A stretch of 44,355 nucleotides of DNA from an uncultured Nitrososphaeraceae archaeon (GCA_963765895.1 CAVXZB010000022.1:1-44355), one strand, 5' to 3'; counted from the stretch's first letter, positions 31,120-43,657 are shown. The notes: generated from the sequence alone by a model not told the origin. Made by a program: numbers and translations.

Positions 31120-31563
31120 TTACCTTAACTGTTCTTTATCAACTATTTTAATACTTCTTTCCTTAGCTAATATTACTGCAGTTATTGCTATATAGGCCAC
31201 TTGTGCTAGTTCACATATCATATCTATTGCATCAATATCTCCACCTCTTCCATTAACAGGATTACCAGGAAATCGTGTTATAACATATAATACTATGAAA
31301 GCTATATTTCCTGCAATTCCTATGTAATACCATCTTCTTCCCCATCTCTTTATCATAGGCAATATCCAAAATATCTGTGCAATTCCTGAACCTAGAAAGA
31401 ATACTGCTACTGGTAGGTTCCCAAGCATTCTTGGATGTGAAAGTGGCATATACAGATGTACTATTCCAGCTATTGCAGTAGCAACTGCAGCAGCAATGAA
31501 TAAGTATTGATAACTACGAAAGGTGGATCGTTGTTGTTGCCTAGTGTTATTATTTTTTGACAT
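31120..31563 (-). CDS. Hypothetical 4-TM membrane protein
   Basis: Four hydrophobic segments; IAGIVHL, AQIFW, TRFPGNP. Confidence 0.85.
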   Translation of the reverse strand: MSKNNNTRQQQRSTFRSYQYLFIAAAVATAIAGIVHLYMPLSHPRMLGNLPVAVFFLGSGIAQIFWILPMIKRWGRRWYYIGIAGNIAFIVLYVITRFPGNPVNGRGGDIDAIDMICELAQVAYIAITAVILAKERSIKIVDKEQLR

Positions 31564-32175
31564 TTTTTATCTATCCTTCATCTATTGCCATCATAGTATT
31601 TAGTTATCTCACAATCTGTGCTGCGTAATATTGACATAAATCTGTAGAGTTGTACGCAACGCTAACTGCGGGTGTAATCTGGCCAGAATAACGACAGAAC
31701 ATTATGTTTAGGATTTAGCCGCTCATGATAATAAATAAAAAGACTAGCGATATGTATATATTTAATGCAATAATTTAATGTTATATTATCAATATACTTT
31801 CTAATCTTGTATTTGTAGACCACAAAGACAAAAGTTATATCTATAGATCACTTTGGATAGCAGATTGAAGATGATGAATATAGGCCACTCTATTCTCATT
31901 CATTGAACAAGCATCCAGGGAGAGTACCTACGATAGAAGGGATTTATAATCTGCTAGAATACCTCAATAGTAGAATGAGACCGTATTACTGCAACTACTA
32001 TAAGATATGTCGTGTCTCAGAAGGGAACGTATACAATTAAAGAAATAGCAACTATATATGTTAATCCAAAAGTCACTAAACAAATATAGGAAGTCACTCA
32101 TGTCAAATAATGCTATTATTAATATGATTAATGACTAATCGCAAGAAAAAGTTGGGATTGTTGGACTTCACTTTA

Positions 32176-32692
32176 CTAAACACAATCACATGATGTCTTT
32201 TTTAACGCGTTTCTTATATCTTGCAAAAGGCTGTCACGATTATCTTGTTTTTGTGCATGCAAATAGATTAGCGTAGGATGTTCAAAGAACTGGTGATTAT
32301 GAATAGCAGTTACAGTCCAATGGTGGTCCTCCAAATATTGATTTACTTTATTTACTTCTGATTGAAGTAATGTAAATTCTGCTAGCTCAAATACGTTTTT
32401 GCCTGATGATGCGGATGCTGGTTGGTATGGAAATTCCATTGGTACCTGGTCATTAATCTTTTTACCGCTCAGAGTCAGTGTCGGTGAATCCCTAGATAGA
32501 TCTATTCCACACACATTACCACTTTGGCTTGCATCGGCTTTACTGCTTATCTTATCCGCACGATTTTTGCATTCTTGCGAGGTCGATGGCAGCAAGCGCC
32601 ATATTAGAGCCAGTAGTGAGTGCAGATCCTACAGCGAGTGAGATCAATATTATTGCTGTTGTCAACAAGCTTGTAACTAATAATCTTTTCAT
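32176..32692 (-). CDS. DUF1259 (LppY/LpqO-like) domain protein; signal peptide in another frame (frameshift near 32590)
   Basis: AEFTLLQSEVNKV...VTAIHNH...PTLIYLH; leader MKRLLVTSLLTTAIILISLAVGSA starts at 32692. Confidence 0.75.
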
Positions 32693-33053
32693 ATTTAGTA
32701 ATGTACCTTATGTTACTATGGATTACAACACTAGCTAAATGTAGTATCATTATTTGTAGATGACTGATTGATATTATTAACCAACGTATTGCATTCCATA
32801 TTACAAGGTCGTTTCGCAACGACAGAACAATATAAGCTTAGCTTATCAATGTTAACTCTAGAAGATGAGAGCTTGTTTCTTATTGAACTAATTTAGTAAC
32901 AGTAGTTATCCTACTCAGCCTAAATAGCTGGGTAATAACCCAGTGCAATTCGGGCGCGCCTTTTCAATAGCTATGCTATCAACATTGGCACGCCTTTCCT
33001 TCGCATACCGTATCAAATAATTCTATCTATTGTTACGATATTAAGTAAGTTAA

Positions 33054-34072
33054 TTATTTAATAGGCTTTATTACTGCCTTAAACCGTACATTCCCATTAG
33101 CTACTTGATCATATGCATTGCTAATTTCTTCTAATGGAAATATTTCAGTCATTACTCTTACTTTACCTTTTGCAACGTAGTCTAATGCCTCATAGAGGTG
33201 TTCTCTATCATTTTGTGTAGAACCTATGATGCGGGCACGTTTGAATAAGATCTCTGGAGAAATTGTAAAAGGCTCTGTTGAGACTCCCATTAAAACAAAG
33301 CGTCCGTCTGGTCTAAGACCTTTAATTGAGTCTGCAGTTGCCTTGTAAGAATTACTTGTAGCAAGTATTACATCTGCTCCACTACTACTACCGCCGCCAG
33401 ACTGTCATGTCCTTCTTTTAATAATCCTTCTCCATTTGCAACAACACTATCAGCTCCGAGTTTGTACGCTAATTCTTCCTTATCTTTTGAGTGTGTGACA
33501 GCAATTGTTTCAAAACCAGCAGCTTTAGAGTATTGAATTCCAAGGTGGCCTAGCGCTCCTATACCAACGATCGCTACACGTTCATGTGGCCTGGGATCAG
33601 CAGATCTCAATCCACTATATACAGTATAGCCCGCACAGAATATTGGTGCAGCTTGCTCATATGTCAATCCGTTTGGTAGTAATTGAGTAGCGTCAGCATA
33701 AGCAACCATATATTCAGCATGACTTCCTGCAGTGCTAATGCCAGTTGCTATCTGGTTTGGACAGAATGATAATTTGCCACGCTGACACCACTCACATCTG
33801 CCGCATGTTGATTGTAGCCAAGGAACTCCTACTCTATCGCCAACTTTTCGTGTAGTTACACCTTCGCCCAAAGCAACAATTTCTCCAGCAGGCTCATGGC
33901 CTATGGTATATGGAAACTTTACTCCTAGCCTACCTCTAGTAATATGAACATCGGTGTAGCATATACCACTAGCATGAATTTTTATAAGTACTTGATTGGC
34001 GCCAGCCTGTGGAGTAGGAACTTCTTTAACTTCCCACTTTGCATCTACTGATGGGATGACAGAAGATAACAT
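33054..34072 (-). pseudogene. Zn-dependent alcohol dehydrogenase (AdhP/CAD-like), frameshifted near 33390
   Basis: GICYTD, GHE, CGRCEWC...C, FCAGYTVY, GIGALG; C-terminus GNVRFKAVI in the 78-aa ORF. Confidence 0.92.
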
Positions 34073-34379
34073 TATTTGTCCCTCATTATAATTACTTTGT
34101 TTTTGGTTCCATTAATATCTTGCATTTTTAAGCTAATAATGTTGTTTCGTTATTAGCTTAATTAATAACTGAAACTAAAATTGTTCAAGAAGTATGTAGG
34201 GCCGATATATTGTTAACATGAATATCAAAATTCTAAATACTGTCACAATAATTTGTCTTTGATTTAGCAAAATAAATTATTATGATGGATATTGTTTCAT
34301 GATAGTCACAAATTCAATCTTTCGTAGCTCTAACCTAGAAATAATATCCTTTTTCAGAAATGAGTGACCTGTGTGAGCT

Positions 34380-34743
34380 CTAGTTACCTGTTGTAAGTAC
34401 ACATCTAAACCCAGCCTTACCACTCATCATTAACCCATAGGCTTCCGCAGCACGTTCTAGTGGAAAGATTTCATTGACCTGACACCAGAGAGAACACTAA
34501 ATAATATGTATCTTGTGAATCAATTGAAGTACTAGCCGGCCAACCTAACAATGACCGACGTCCTTGGATACAAAGTGGAGGCACTTTTGGCTCATTAGAT
34601 GCTCCGATTATGACAATCTTTCCATTAACTGCAAGACCTTCAAGGATTTCGCTCATTGCTTTTTCACTTGGTACTGTTGCAAGTATGACTTTGGCACCTC
34701 CAAATTTGTTAAATTGTTCGAGAGCATCTTTTTTCCTTGTCAA
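34380..34743 (-). pseudogene. C-terminal fragment of a second Zn-dependent alcohol dehydrogenase
   Basis: GGAKVILATVPS...IDSQDT / FPLERAAEAYGLMMSGKAGFRCVLTTGN*. Confidence 0.85.
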
Positions 34744-35235
34744 GAGATATGCCTGTTACAATAACAATAGCAATCATAAGAATGGTTATTGTTTTCAGAT
34801 GAAATGGAATATGCAATCTGGAGTTGTCCCTTATTCCTCAGAAAGTCTATTCATTGGCTTGTAATAAAACAATAGTAATAATTTGGACTGATAACACGCA
34901 GAGAATAAGTTTATGAGTAGAAATCTTATGTCAGAGCCTGGGTAATGGGTGTTACCTAAAGTTATAATCTCTTGCTTAAACATTCAATTGCATTTATGGA
35001 ATATTATCTAATAAAAGTTCTAACATCGCGACAGTAACAATGTGAGTTTACATATTAATTTAATTAATATGTGTAATTCCTCTCTATTGAATGAATGAAC
35101 TATTTGATTCTTAGTCTGGTTATCATTCCTTGATCATTAATAGGTACAAATAAAATAGTGGCATTCTATTCTCTAGGTTATTGGTATTAATCTTAACTAA
35201 AATTACCATGTTATTGGCAGTAAAATGAAAATCAG

Positions 35236-37326
35236 ATGATACACGAAGGAAAAAAGAAGATTCGGAATAATTTCTTGGTAGAAGACAATCCTTTGTGCAT
35301 AGGAAACCCTAGTCCAGCAAAGATATTTGGTACTCGGAAAGTAGTCCAGTTGACTGGCGACATTGATCGTGAGTTAGGCCAAAAGACAATAAACCAGACT
35401 GGAAGACGATTCGGAATATATGGAACAGATTTAGGTGTATCCTTTTTACATGAGGGTAAGCTTTATTTTTTATTTGGTGATACAAATAGAAATCCCACCT
35501 ATCCTGGCCTTCCTATACAGGCTATGCCTGGAGAGGATTATAATGAGGAGATTACCGATTATGATAGTGTGGCATATACGACTAGTGATCGGGCGTATAA
35601 TGGAATTAATTTGATTTTTAATTCGGACTATCCACATCTAGAGGGCGTCGCCCAGATGACTGGAGAACATCCAATAGAAGGTTTTAGTAAAGGAGGCTAT
35701 ATGTACGTGTACTTTACTACTGATTTGTATCCCGATGAAAAGGTACCAACCCGTACTGTACTTGCCAGATCTAAGGATGGCGGTATTCATTTTGGTAAGC
35801 CAATTTATACTCTATCAACTGATAAGTTCATTCATGTCTCCGCTCAAATTGTAGATAATAATAATATTTACGGGATTCCAGATACTAAAGGCGAAGGATT
35901 ACTAGTATGGGGTACTAGCAAACATCGTAAAAGCGATATTTACTTAGCATACATACCCTTGGACCAAATTACTAACCGATCAAGGTTACAATTCTTCATG
36001 GGTCTTGCTACGGAGTCTTCTGAACCGATGTGGGGACCAGATGAATCTATGGCTAAGCCTTTATTTTCAGCTCAATGCTTGGGAGAAATATCCGTTAGAT
36101 GGAATCAATACCTTGAAAGATGGATCATGCTTTATAACTGTGAGCTCTGTAATACGAGTGGAATCCTTTTTCGTTTAGCCAATAAACCATGGGGTCCTTG
36201 GTCTCCTCCAAAGATAATGTTTGATCCTGTTGATGCATATGGAAAATATATTCACCAGCCAGGATCTGATAATCTATATGATTACGGTCGCAATCGTCCT
36301 AAAGATCGTGGCGATGAGTATGGTCCTTATCAAATATCTCCTTTTTCCACTGGTATTAAGGGACGCTATACAAAAATTTACTTTACTATGTCTACTTGGA
36401 ATCCATATCAAGTAGTGCAGATGTCCAGTATTATTACTAGCGATGAGGAAGAAAGAAATCATAGGCCTTACGCTAATGATGTAAATGATAGAAATGACAG
36501 AAAATATGCACATATCTCTGTTTTATTGGCACATCTAGCAAAAATATACAGTTTAAGTTTTGAAAATTCTATACAAGATAGTATCTATATTGCCGATCAT
36601 GTCGAGTGGGCACAATATCATTCTTCTGCTGAATTACGTAACGAAATTAAGAATAAATGCTTGAGAATAATAACTAAACTTGGATTTGATGAGGATAAAT
36701 CTGAAGCATATGCTACAATAGTTATGGGCATTTCCCGTTTAGCGTATAATTACAACAGTTTTAAAAATATTCCGAAAGGCAATATACACAAAAGGTGGGC
36801 GTTAAATGCTATACAGAGCGGCCACAGTGAGTGGCTTATTTCTGAGATAAAACAAAAGATAGACAACAGTTGCTTTCTTCCAAGCAATGACTATTTATGT
36901 TATGCTTATGACTGCCATGATTCAAATGAATTCAAATATGCACGTATAGGTCTTCTTATATCTTTTCTTGCAGCTAATGTTAGCACGAAATTGGACTTAA
37001 AAAGAGAACAATTATTGAATTGTAACTCGTTTGTGGCATGGGCAAGATTTAGATCGGTAAAAGAAATTCGTGAAGATCTGTTGAATATGGTAACACAAAT
37101 AATAAAATTTCCTTCTACAACCTCTAAAGCGAATGCCTATACAGAAATCATTCACGTAATTCAAAATCTCGCTAATACTACGCATAGCATAGAACATTCG
37201 AATTATTATGAGTGGGCTTCTTCGAAGATAAACGAGAATAACGAGGAGAGTATAATTATGGATATATCAAAATTAATTAATGATGATCACTTTCTTTCTC
37301 CAATTGCTTACACGTACTCAGAATAG
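35236..37326 (+). CDS. DUF4185-domain (beta-propeller, GH183-like) protein with a duplicated C-terminal helical domain
   Basis: GTDLG, LYFLFGDT, GEISVRWN...WIMLY, PWGPWS, YGPY, YFTMSTWNPYQV motifs; two ~140-aa C-terminal repeats. Confidence 0.8.
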   Translation: MIHEGKKKIRNNFLVEDNPLCIGNPSPAKIFGTRKVVQLTGDIDRELGQKTINQTGRRFGIYGTDLGVSFLHEGKLYFLFGDTNRNPTYPGLPIQAMPGEDYNEEITDYDSVAYTTSDRAYNGINLIFNSDYPHLEGVAQMTGEHPIEGFSKGGYMYVYFTTDLYPDEKVPTRTVLARSKDGGIHFGKPIYTLSTDKFIHVSAQIVDNNNIYGIPDTKGEGLLVWGTSKHRKSDIYLAYIPLDQITNRSRLQFFMGLATESSEPMWGPDESMAKPLFSAQCLGEISVRWNQYLERWIMLYNCELCNTSGILFRLANKPWGPWSPPKIMFDPVDAYGKYIHQPGSDNLYDYGRNRPKDRGDEYGPYQISPFSTGIKGRYTKIYFTMSTWNPYQVVQMSSIITSDEEERNHRPYANDVNDRNDRKYAHISVLLAHLAKIYSLSFENSIQDSIYIADHVEWAQYHSSAELRNEIKNKCLRIITKLGFDEDKSEAYATIVMGISRLAYNYNSFKNIPKGNIHKRWALNAIQSGHSEWLISEIKQKIDNSCFLPSNDYLCYAYDCHDSNEFKYARIGLLISFLAANVSTKLDLKREQLLNCNSFVAWARFRSVKEIREDLLNMVTQIIKFPSTTSKANAYTEIIHVIQNLANTTHSIEHSNYYEWASSKINENNEESIIMDISKLINDDHFLSPIAYTYSE

Positions 37327-37605
37327 GATTTTTTGAATAACTGATACTTTACTAACTAAGGCAGTTTGATCTTCTTGTATATTATTTGACGGCGGTTTTA
37401 GTTAGAACTATTATATTTCTAATCCACTTATTTAAAAATCAATAATGTTATGAGGTTCTAATTATAAATCCGTAGGGGCTAATGAATTAACGCTACTAAC
37501 ATGGATCGCTACTAATATTATTTGTCAGGATAGAAGCTTTGATTATCTGCCATACTGCAACAAATAATAAAGATAACGTTCAGAGTTAAATAAAGGACCT
37601 AGAAA

Positions 37606-38010
37606 ATGGACATCAAACGAAGCGGTTCACAGCCTTCCACTAGAGGGTCGACTGAGTATTTCACTGGCTCAGTGCGCATTGACCCCATGTTTCAGGCAAA
37701 CCATCCAGGGCGGGCCGTCGGTGCCAGTGTCACGTTTGAGCCTGGATCCCGTACAGCATGGCACACCCATCCGCTAGGCCAGGTCCTGATCGTGACGGCT
37801 GGTCTTGGTCTAGTACAGCGCTGGGATGGCCCAGTCGAGGAAATTCGTCCGGGCGACGTGATCTATATCCCGCTTGGTGAAAAGCATTGGCATGGTGCCG
37901 CGGCGACCACGGCCATGACCCATATCGCCATTCAGGAACAGCTCGACGATAAAACTGTCGACTGGATGGAAAAGGTCAGCGACGAACAGTATCAAGGGTC
38001 GTCAAGATAA
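37606..38010 (+). CDS. Cupin domain protein
   Basis: [18 protein letters not shown] and GEKHWHGA cupin motifs; aagga upstream. Confidence 0.93.
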   Translation: MDIKRSGSQPSTRGSTEYFTGSVRIDPMFQANHPGRAVGASVTFEPGSRTAWHTHPLGQVLIVTAGLGLVQRWDGPVEEIRPGDVIYIPLGEKHWHGAAATTAMTHIAIQEQLDDKTVDWMEKVSDEQYQGSSR

Positions 38011-38183
38011 CAAGGGATGTGGCTAGGAGGCCTCATCCACATTCATTCGATGATATGAAAGAATGAAGATGAATTCCTATATAATATAGTGATATTAGAC
38101 GCGATCGTGCTAGAAGCTTTTGTTGCTGCAATTCCTTGCAAAAAATACCTTGTCCGTAAATAACATAAGGAGCATAGATCACT

Positions 38184-38556
38184 ATGCAAGATCAAAAGTC
38201 AAACTCGCCACGGGCAACTACTACTACTGCTACTAAGGCTGGTTCTTCATCACAACTATCAGTAGTATTAGCTCTCATCTACGATCGTGCAGGTCGCGTT
38301 GCCATCAATTGGAAGAGAATTTGGTGTATCTATTAATGGACTACAATGGATAGTTACTGCCTATGGCTTGACTTTGGCCGGCTTTCTTATGCTTAGTGGG
38401 CGTGTGGGAGACATTTACGGTCACAAGAAGTTGTTTATCACAGGACTTCTGCTGTTTTCTCTTGCATCGTTGACGGGAGGTCTTGCTCCTTCCGAGATTG
38501 TTGTTATTGATAATAAGTCGCTCTGGTTAGCATCAATCAGTTTGATACCACATTAA
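38184..38556 (+). pseudogene. N-terminal fragment of a DHA2-type MFS transporter
   Basis: VALPSIGREF...LQWIVTAYGL...GRVGDIYGHKK; truncated after about 3 TMs. Confidence 0.85.
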
Positions 38557-39097
38557 GAACTGCAAGCAGCTGTCGACAGAACACTAGATAAGGAGTTTGC
38601 AGGATATAACGAGATATTTGATGCTTTTAGAGTAGTATCGAAGTTCTATAGTTTTAAAGGCACTACTGAACGTTAAAATTAGTCTCGTTCAACTTTCCCA
38701 GTACTTTGCGTGATTGAACTAATTAATTAATTTCTCGCCTACGTTAATTCCTTAGAAGATCCGTCAGAGCGGGACTGACTGCTACATCAAATTCAGTATA
38801 ATACCTTTTCACTTCCCATTATCCGTGTTTAGACCTATTTCCTCACTATATCGTCAACCTTATTGCTATCTGTCATTAGTTTACCTCTTGCATATATCTC
38901 TACGTGGTTCCAATATGTAGAGGTGTATTCTCTCAACGTTCCTTCGCTATTAGTCGAAGTACTTAAACGCCATATCGCGGCAATATGATCCGGTCGGGGA
39001 AGTCATAAAATATTACGTACATATTCAATTCTGTATAATAAAAAAATGGTAGATTAACTGGCCTCGTAGCATTCACTTTGTATTAACGACAAATGAA

Positions 39098-39801
39098 TTA
39101 GCGGCTATTTTTCGATAAATAAAGTCCATTCTGGAGCATGCCATGATCGTTATTTAGATAAACTGTCTTCTTCTTTGCATTTAGCTTCTTAATTGACGAT
39201 AATAAGGTATCCAGTTCGGCTTGTGAGTAGATATAATTATACCATTTCTTATAGCCATGTATCCTGAGATACATCTATCATTAGTAACGACCCTCGTGCG
39301 AGGAAGTTGTGGGGCATCAACAGAACAAAAGACTATTCCTATATTTTCGATTTTATCTATTACTTTCCGCCATGATTGATCTCTAAATTCTATTACAGAT
39401 TCATTGTTGTCCAATTTGGTTTTATTAAAAAAATTTATTACTGTTTCAAGATTTTCTAGCGAGTATTTGAATGACGGGGGCATTTTGAAAAGCCAGAAAT
39501 CGATCCTATCATAAATTCTATAAAGTGTTTTACTAAATTTGCTACATAATTGTAAGGCTTTTTCTCCTTTCAATTGGGTATAATCTGTAATGTAGCGATT
39601 GACCTTAATAGAAAAAGAGAAATAGTCGGGGGAAGCGGATAACCATGTATCTATCCAGGATTCCATAGGAAAGCGATAATAGCTAGCATTAATCTCTACC
39701 GAATTAAATCCTAGATTTATAGACCATTGAAATGGTGAAGGTTTTCCCTCGTTCCATGAATATGAGTAACCAGAAGTTCCAACTTTTATTATTCCAGACA
39801 A
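39098..39801 (-). CDS. DUF72 family protein (C-terminus frameshifted near 39275)
   Basis: VGTSGYSY, VEINASYYRFP, IEFRDQSW, SVDAP; tail YLRIHG...YLNNDH in another frame. Confidence 0.9.
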
Positions 39802-40560
39802 CTCTATATTCTAGATGAGATTAAGGTCTTATGAGTAATAACAATTATTTCTTTCTTCTAGAAGAATAGTGTATCATGTAATGAGTTTCTCCTAACCTAA
39901 TGAAGGAAGAATTTAGATATAGCATCAAAGATAATTATAATTTTTAGATATAGATAAAGGAGATATAAAAAAAGATATAAAAACTAAAGACGAATGAAAA
40001 AGATCGACTAAAAGAATAATTCTGGGCTATCTGTTTGAAAATTGGATACCATAGAAGAATTAGGGCCCTATAGGCATGTGAAGTTATCGAAGTGTGTCAA
40101 AGCTGATAAAGATGTTCTAACCACAATCATTGAGAAATTTTTTTCTTTAACACGGAAATATTCTAAAGTCAGTAGTGTTAATAGATAACTGTATACACGG
40201 ACTAATGTTGAAAGTGCTTTTTATGTATGAACTAGACTAGTTTTACATTTTTCATATTCCTTGCACTTTTGTTTTGTGACCCTACGAATATCTTTTTCAA
40301 CAAAAAGAAATATTATAAATGCTAACATTAGCATTTATAATATTTTTTAAATACAGATTTAAACTGAAGGGCTGCAGTGGCAAACTTTACCTAAAAAGAT
40401 TAAGAAACTACATAGGAATAGTTTTCAGAAAGACAAATCTTTTGAAAATGAATTGGTCTTAATCCAAATGTAGATTAGGCATATATTTTAGAAATTAGAA
40501 TTCTCAGCATAATTAGTAGCAATAAATTCAGTATTAGTGTCCATCCATTCATTTTTTACT

Positions 40561-41517
40561 TCATTTAGACTGATTTTGTTGTTGTTGTTGTAATCCAGAT
40601 GCCGAAGATCTAGACTGGGATTGTGGCAATTGGAAAAATGGGACTGCTCCTTGTCCACCTAAAGAAAATGGCAGTTGTCCATTCCACCTATTGATTGCTT
40701 GCCACTGAAGATATTGAGGATCTTGTCTTAACTGCGATGTAATAATTTTAATTGCTTGTGATTCTCCACTAGCCTTTGCTATGTTAGCTTTAGCCTGTGC
40801 TTGAGCTTGTACAATTGTCTGGTTAGCTACTACTTGAATTCCTCTCAAATTATTCAATTCTGTCAAGTACTTTTGAAAAGCTACTACTTTATCTTCAACC
40901 TGATTAGAAAATGCATCAGAGAATTTAAAATCGGTAATAAATATTGTCTCTACTACTATGTCCTTAGCTGATAAAGAATTTCTTATCGTATTTGCTATAA
41001 CATCCTTAACAATGGCTCTTTTTGTAATTAACTCCTCAGCGTTGTATTTCGCTACGCTTGCTTTAACTGATTCTTGTATTGTAGGTGCGATTACTCTATC
41101 TGCATAGTCTGGGCCCAATTGTTGGTAAACCTTATTTACATCAGCAGGGTTCAGATGGTAATTTAACGCTATCACGGTTTGTACTTGTTGTAAATCATTT
41201 GAAGCTGCTGATGCTTCGGCTTGATATTTGAGTGTACGTACTTCTAATGGTATGACCTGTTCCGCGAACGGTATTACGAAATGCACTCCTTCTCCAAGTA
41301 CTCTATTCTCAACTGCGCCTAGATATAGAACAACTCCTCTATGTCCTGCCTGCACTATGACTACTGATTCAGATATTACTAAAATAATTACAATAAATGT
41401 CACAAGAGCTGCAATAATTACTAATTTCTTTGAACTTGTTACTAAATCTCTTCCTACAGGTTCAAGAGGTTCTCCTTCGGGTGTCTTATTATTTGATTTC
41501 TTGAAGGGATTTCTCAT
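40561..41517 (-). CDS. Prohibitin/SPFH (band 7) family membrane protein
   Basis: TM anchor; VQAGHRGVV, GEGVHFVIPF, ASNDLQQV, YNAEELITKR, AINRWNGQLP. Confidence 0.93.
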   Translation of the reverse strand: MRNPFKKSNNKTPEGEPLEPVGRDLVTSSKKLVIIAALVTFIVIILVISESVVIVQAGHRGVVLYLGAVENRVLGEGVHFVIPFAEQVIPLEVRTLKYQAEASAASNDLQQVQTVIALNYHLNPADVNKVYQQLGPDYADRVIAPTIQESVKASVAKYNAEELITKRAIVKDVIANTIRNSLSAKDIVVETIFITDFKFSDAFSNQVEDKVVAFQKYLTELNNLRGIQVVANQTIVQAQAQAKANIAKASGESQAIKIITSQLRQDPQYLQWQAINRWNGQLPFSLGGQGAVPFFQLPQSQSRSSASGLQQQQQNQSK

Positions 41518-42281
41518 AACTTAATAATCTTCTTTAGTTAACCGCGTGATACTAAATGTAAGATGCATACCCTTCTGAGACATACCATCCATTTCTTGAA
41601 TTCTTATTGCCGAATGTAACGAGGCTTCTAATGTCATCGACAATGATATTCTAGAATCGATAGTAGATGACCTAATCGTAAATCTTTCCTTCTCTTGTAA
41701 CTATGTACGCACGCTTGAGATATAATCTTGTAGTAGGGCTGAAAAATGAAAGAAGAGTCGATGTCATAGATAGTATTTTATAAATCATCATAATTAACTC
41801 TCGATTAACTTTGTTAATTCAGAATAATATCCATTATTCCTGTTATTCAATCTTTAAAAGTACTAATATTCTAGTCAGCTATGGATTTTCTCATGCATAA
41901 TTATTTGCCAAGAGGAATCAATTGCTAGATAATTTTTTATTTCTTTGTTTTATCTCTATGTAGAGCATGGTGAATATGTACTATTATAGAATGTACGCTC
42001 AATACTTATGTGAAAGTATTATGACTATCATTTGCTTTTAGTTCTGTATTGCTAAGACCACATTCTTTACATTTGTAAATTATTGTATTTTCCAATTCCT
42101 TATTTCTTAGCATGTCTCCTCCGCACAAGCACATTTCATGTCGAATATAACCCCTGATATTGTTACAAGTTTCGTAATATAAAATGAACCATTCTCTATA
42201 TTAAGAATAATAATGTGATCTATAGGACTATCGTCTACAGTAGTATCAGTACCGGAGCTCCAATTAAAGTATTATAATATA

Positions 42282-42524
42282 TTAATGAATAGTACTAACC
42301 ATCAGTGCAGCTGTAGTTGCAATGTTGCGTTCAGAATCTTTTAGAGATTTTTTTGCAGCTTGAGCAATTATTCCTGCAACATAAGTGTCGATTCCTAAGA
42401 AGACAGCAATCTCCTCTTGGCTGTGATTTGCAACGGATTTAACTGTAAATAATCCACAGCGTTCTAACAAATTCTTAAGACCAGGTGCAATACTTAAACA
42501 TTGAATACTTGCGTTGTCGTTCAT
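42282..42524 (-). CDS. Small helix-hairpin-helix-like protein (Rad51-N/HHH_5-like)
   Basis: IAPGLKNLLERCGLFTVKSVANHSQEEIAVFLGID...A..II..A pattern. Confidence 0.65.
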   Translation of the reverse strand: MNDNASIQCLSIAPGLKNLLERCGLFTVKSVANHSQEEIAVFLGIDTYVAGIIAQAAKKSLKDSERNIATTAALMVSTIH

Positions 42525-42985
42525 AATTCTATATTTAGCTTTAAAATACTTAAAGATATTATAAAGTCTTCATATAATCTATATAGTTATGTTATAACAC
42601 TATCAGGTTATTGGACATGATGCTAGAAAATTATGCCCTTATAAAGATATAACCCTTGTTTACTAAATTAAAACGAAAGCCTTCGCTAATATATTATCCC
42701 TGCCTCGGCTTCTCATTTTCATATTCATCAGCTACACCGCCCTTCATTACTGATTTTTTTAACTTTCCTTCTCTTTCTAATTCTTTAACGACATCATTAT
42801 CAGTTTTAATTTGTTGATTGTTAGTATTATTAGATCTTGTTCATTATTCATGTTTTCCACCTCTAAATTGAGATAATCTCTATCATTTATATGACTTATT
42901 ATTATAAAAGATTTGATATACTGCTCATATAATGCTCAAGATTTATATTAATAAAAGGAAGAAAAATATGGTTTGAGATTAAAGT

Positions 42986-43129
42986 TTAGGTTAAAGCATC
43001 TTTTACCTTTACCTTGGCTTTGTTAAGAGTCTCTGAACTAGGTTTTCCTTCAATATGATCTCCCTCAGTCTGAATTTTTGCTTCTGCATCTTGCTCGGTA
43101 TTTTTTACTTTCTTTGCAATATCTGTCAT
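42986..43129 (-). CDS. 47-aa hydrophilic protein (not in ORF track)
   Basis: MTDIAKKVKNTEQDAEAKIQTEGDHIEGKPSSETLNKAKVKVKDALT*. Confidence 0.6.
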   Translation of the reverse strand: MTDIAKKVKNTEQDAEAKIQTEGDHIEGKPSSETLNKAKVKVKDALT

Positions 43130-43657
43130 ACTAGTTATTTATGGTATACATACTTTAATACTGTTATCAATGCCTCATTCTGTCAATTTTTTATTCCCAT
43201 AATTTAAAAATATATTATACCCAGTTAGAGATCAGTTATAACAATTAAAGTTATGTCAGAAACAATTTAAATAACGATATAATTATTGACAGTAATAAAT
43301 AAGCGTTTTACTTTTTAATTAATATGATTGAGTTTGATAGATCTTTACTCTATATTATTCTTGGCACAGTTATATTGGTATTAGTTTTTTATTTTAAAAA
43401 ACGGAAAGATTTTAATAGGACGACTTAATATAACCAAGTGATATCATAATCAAAATCACGGAATGTCTTGTATATCTAATTCCAAATTGGAATGCAGTTA
43501 CCCCGAATTTATAATATAATCACTGCATCAATCAATAGCTTGGATAATGAATCGCATGTACCCCGATGACGATGACGAATAAATTAGTTAGATCTTTTAA
43601 AAAAGAAAGAAACGTTAAAGTCAAAATATCGATATTATGATATCTTACATTCGTCCT

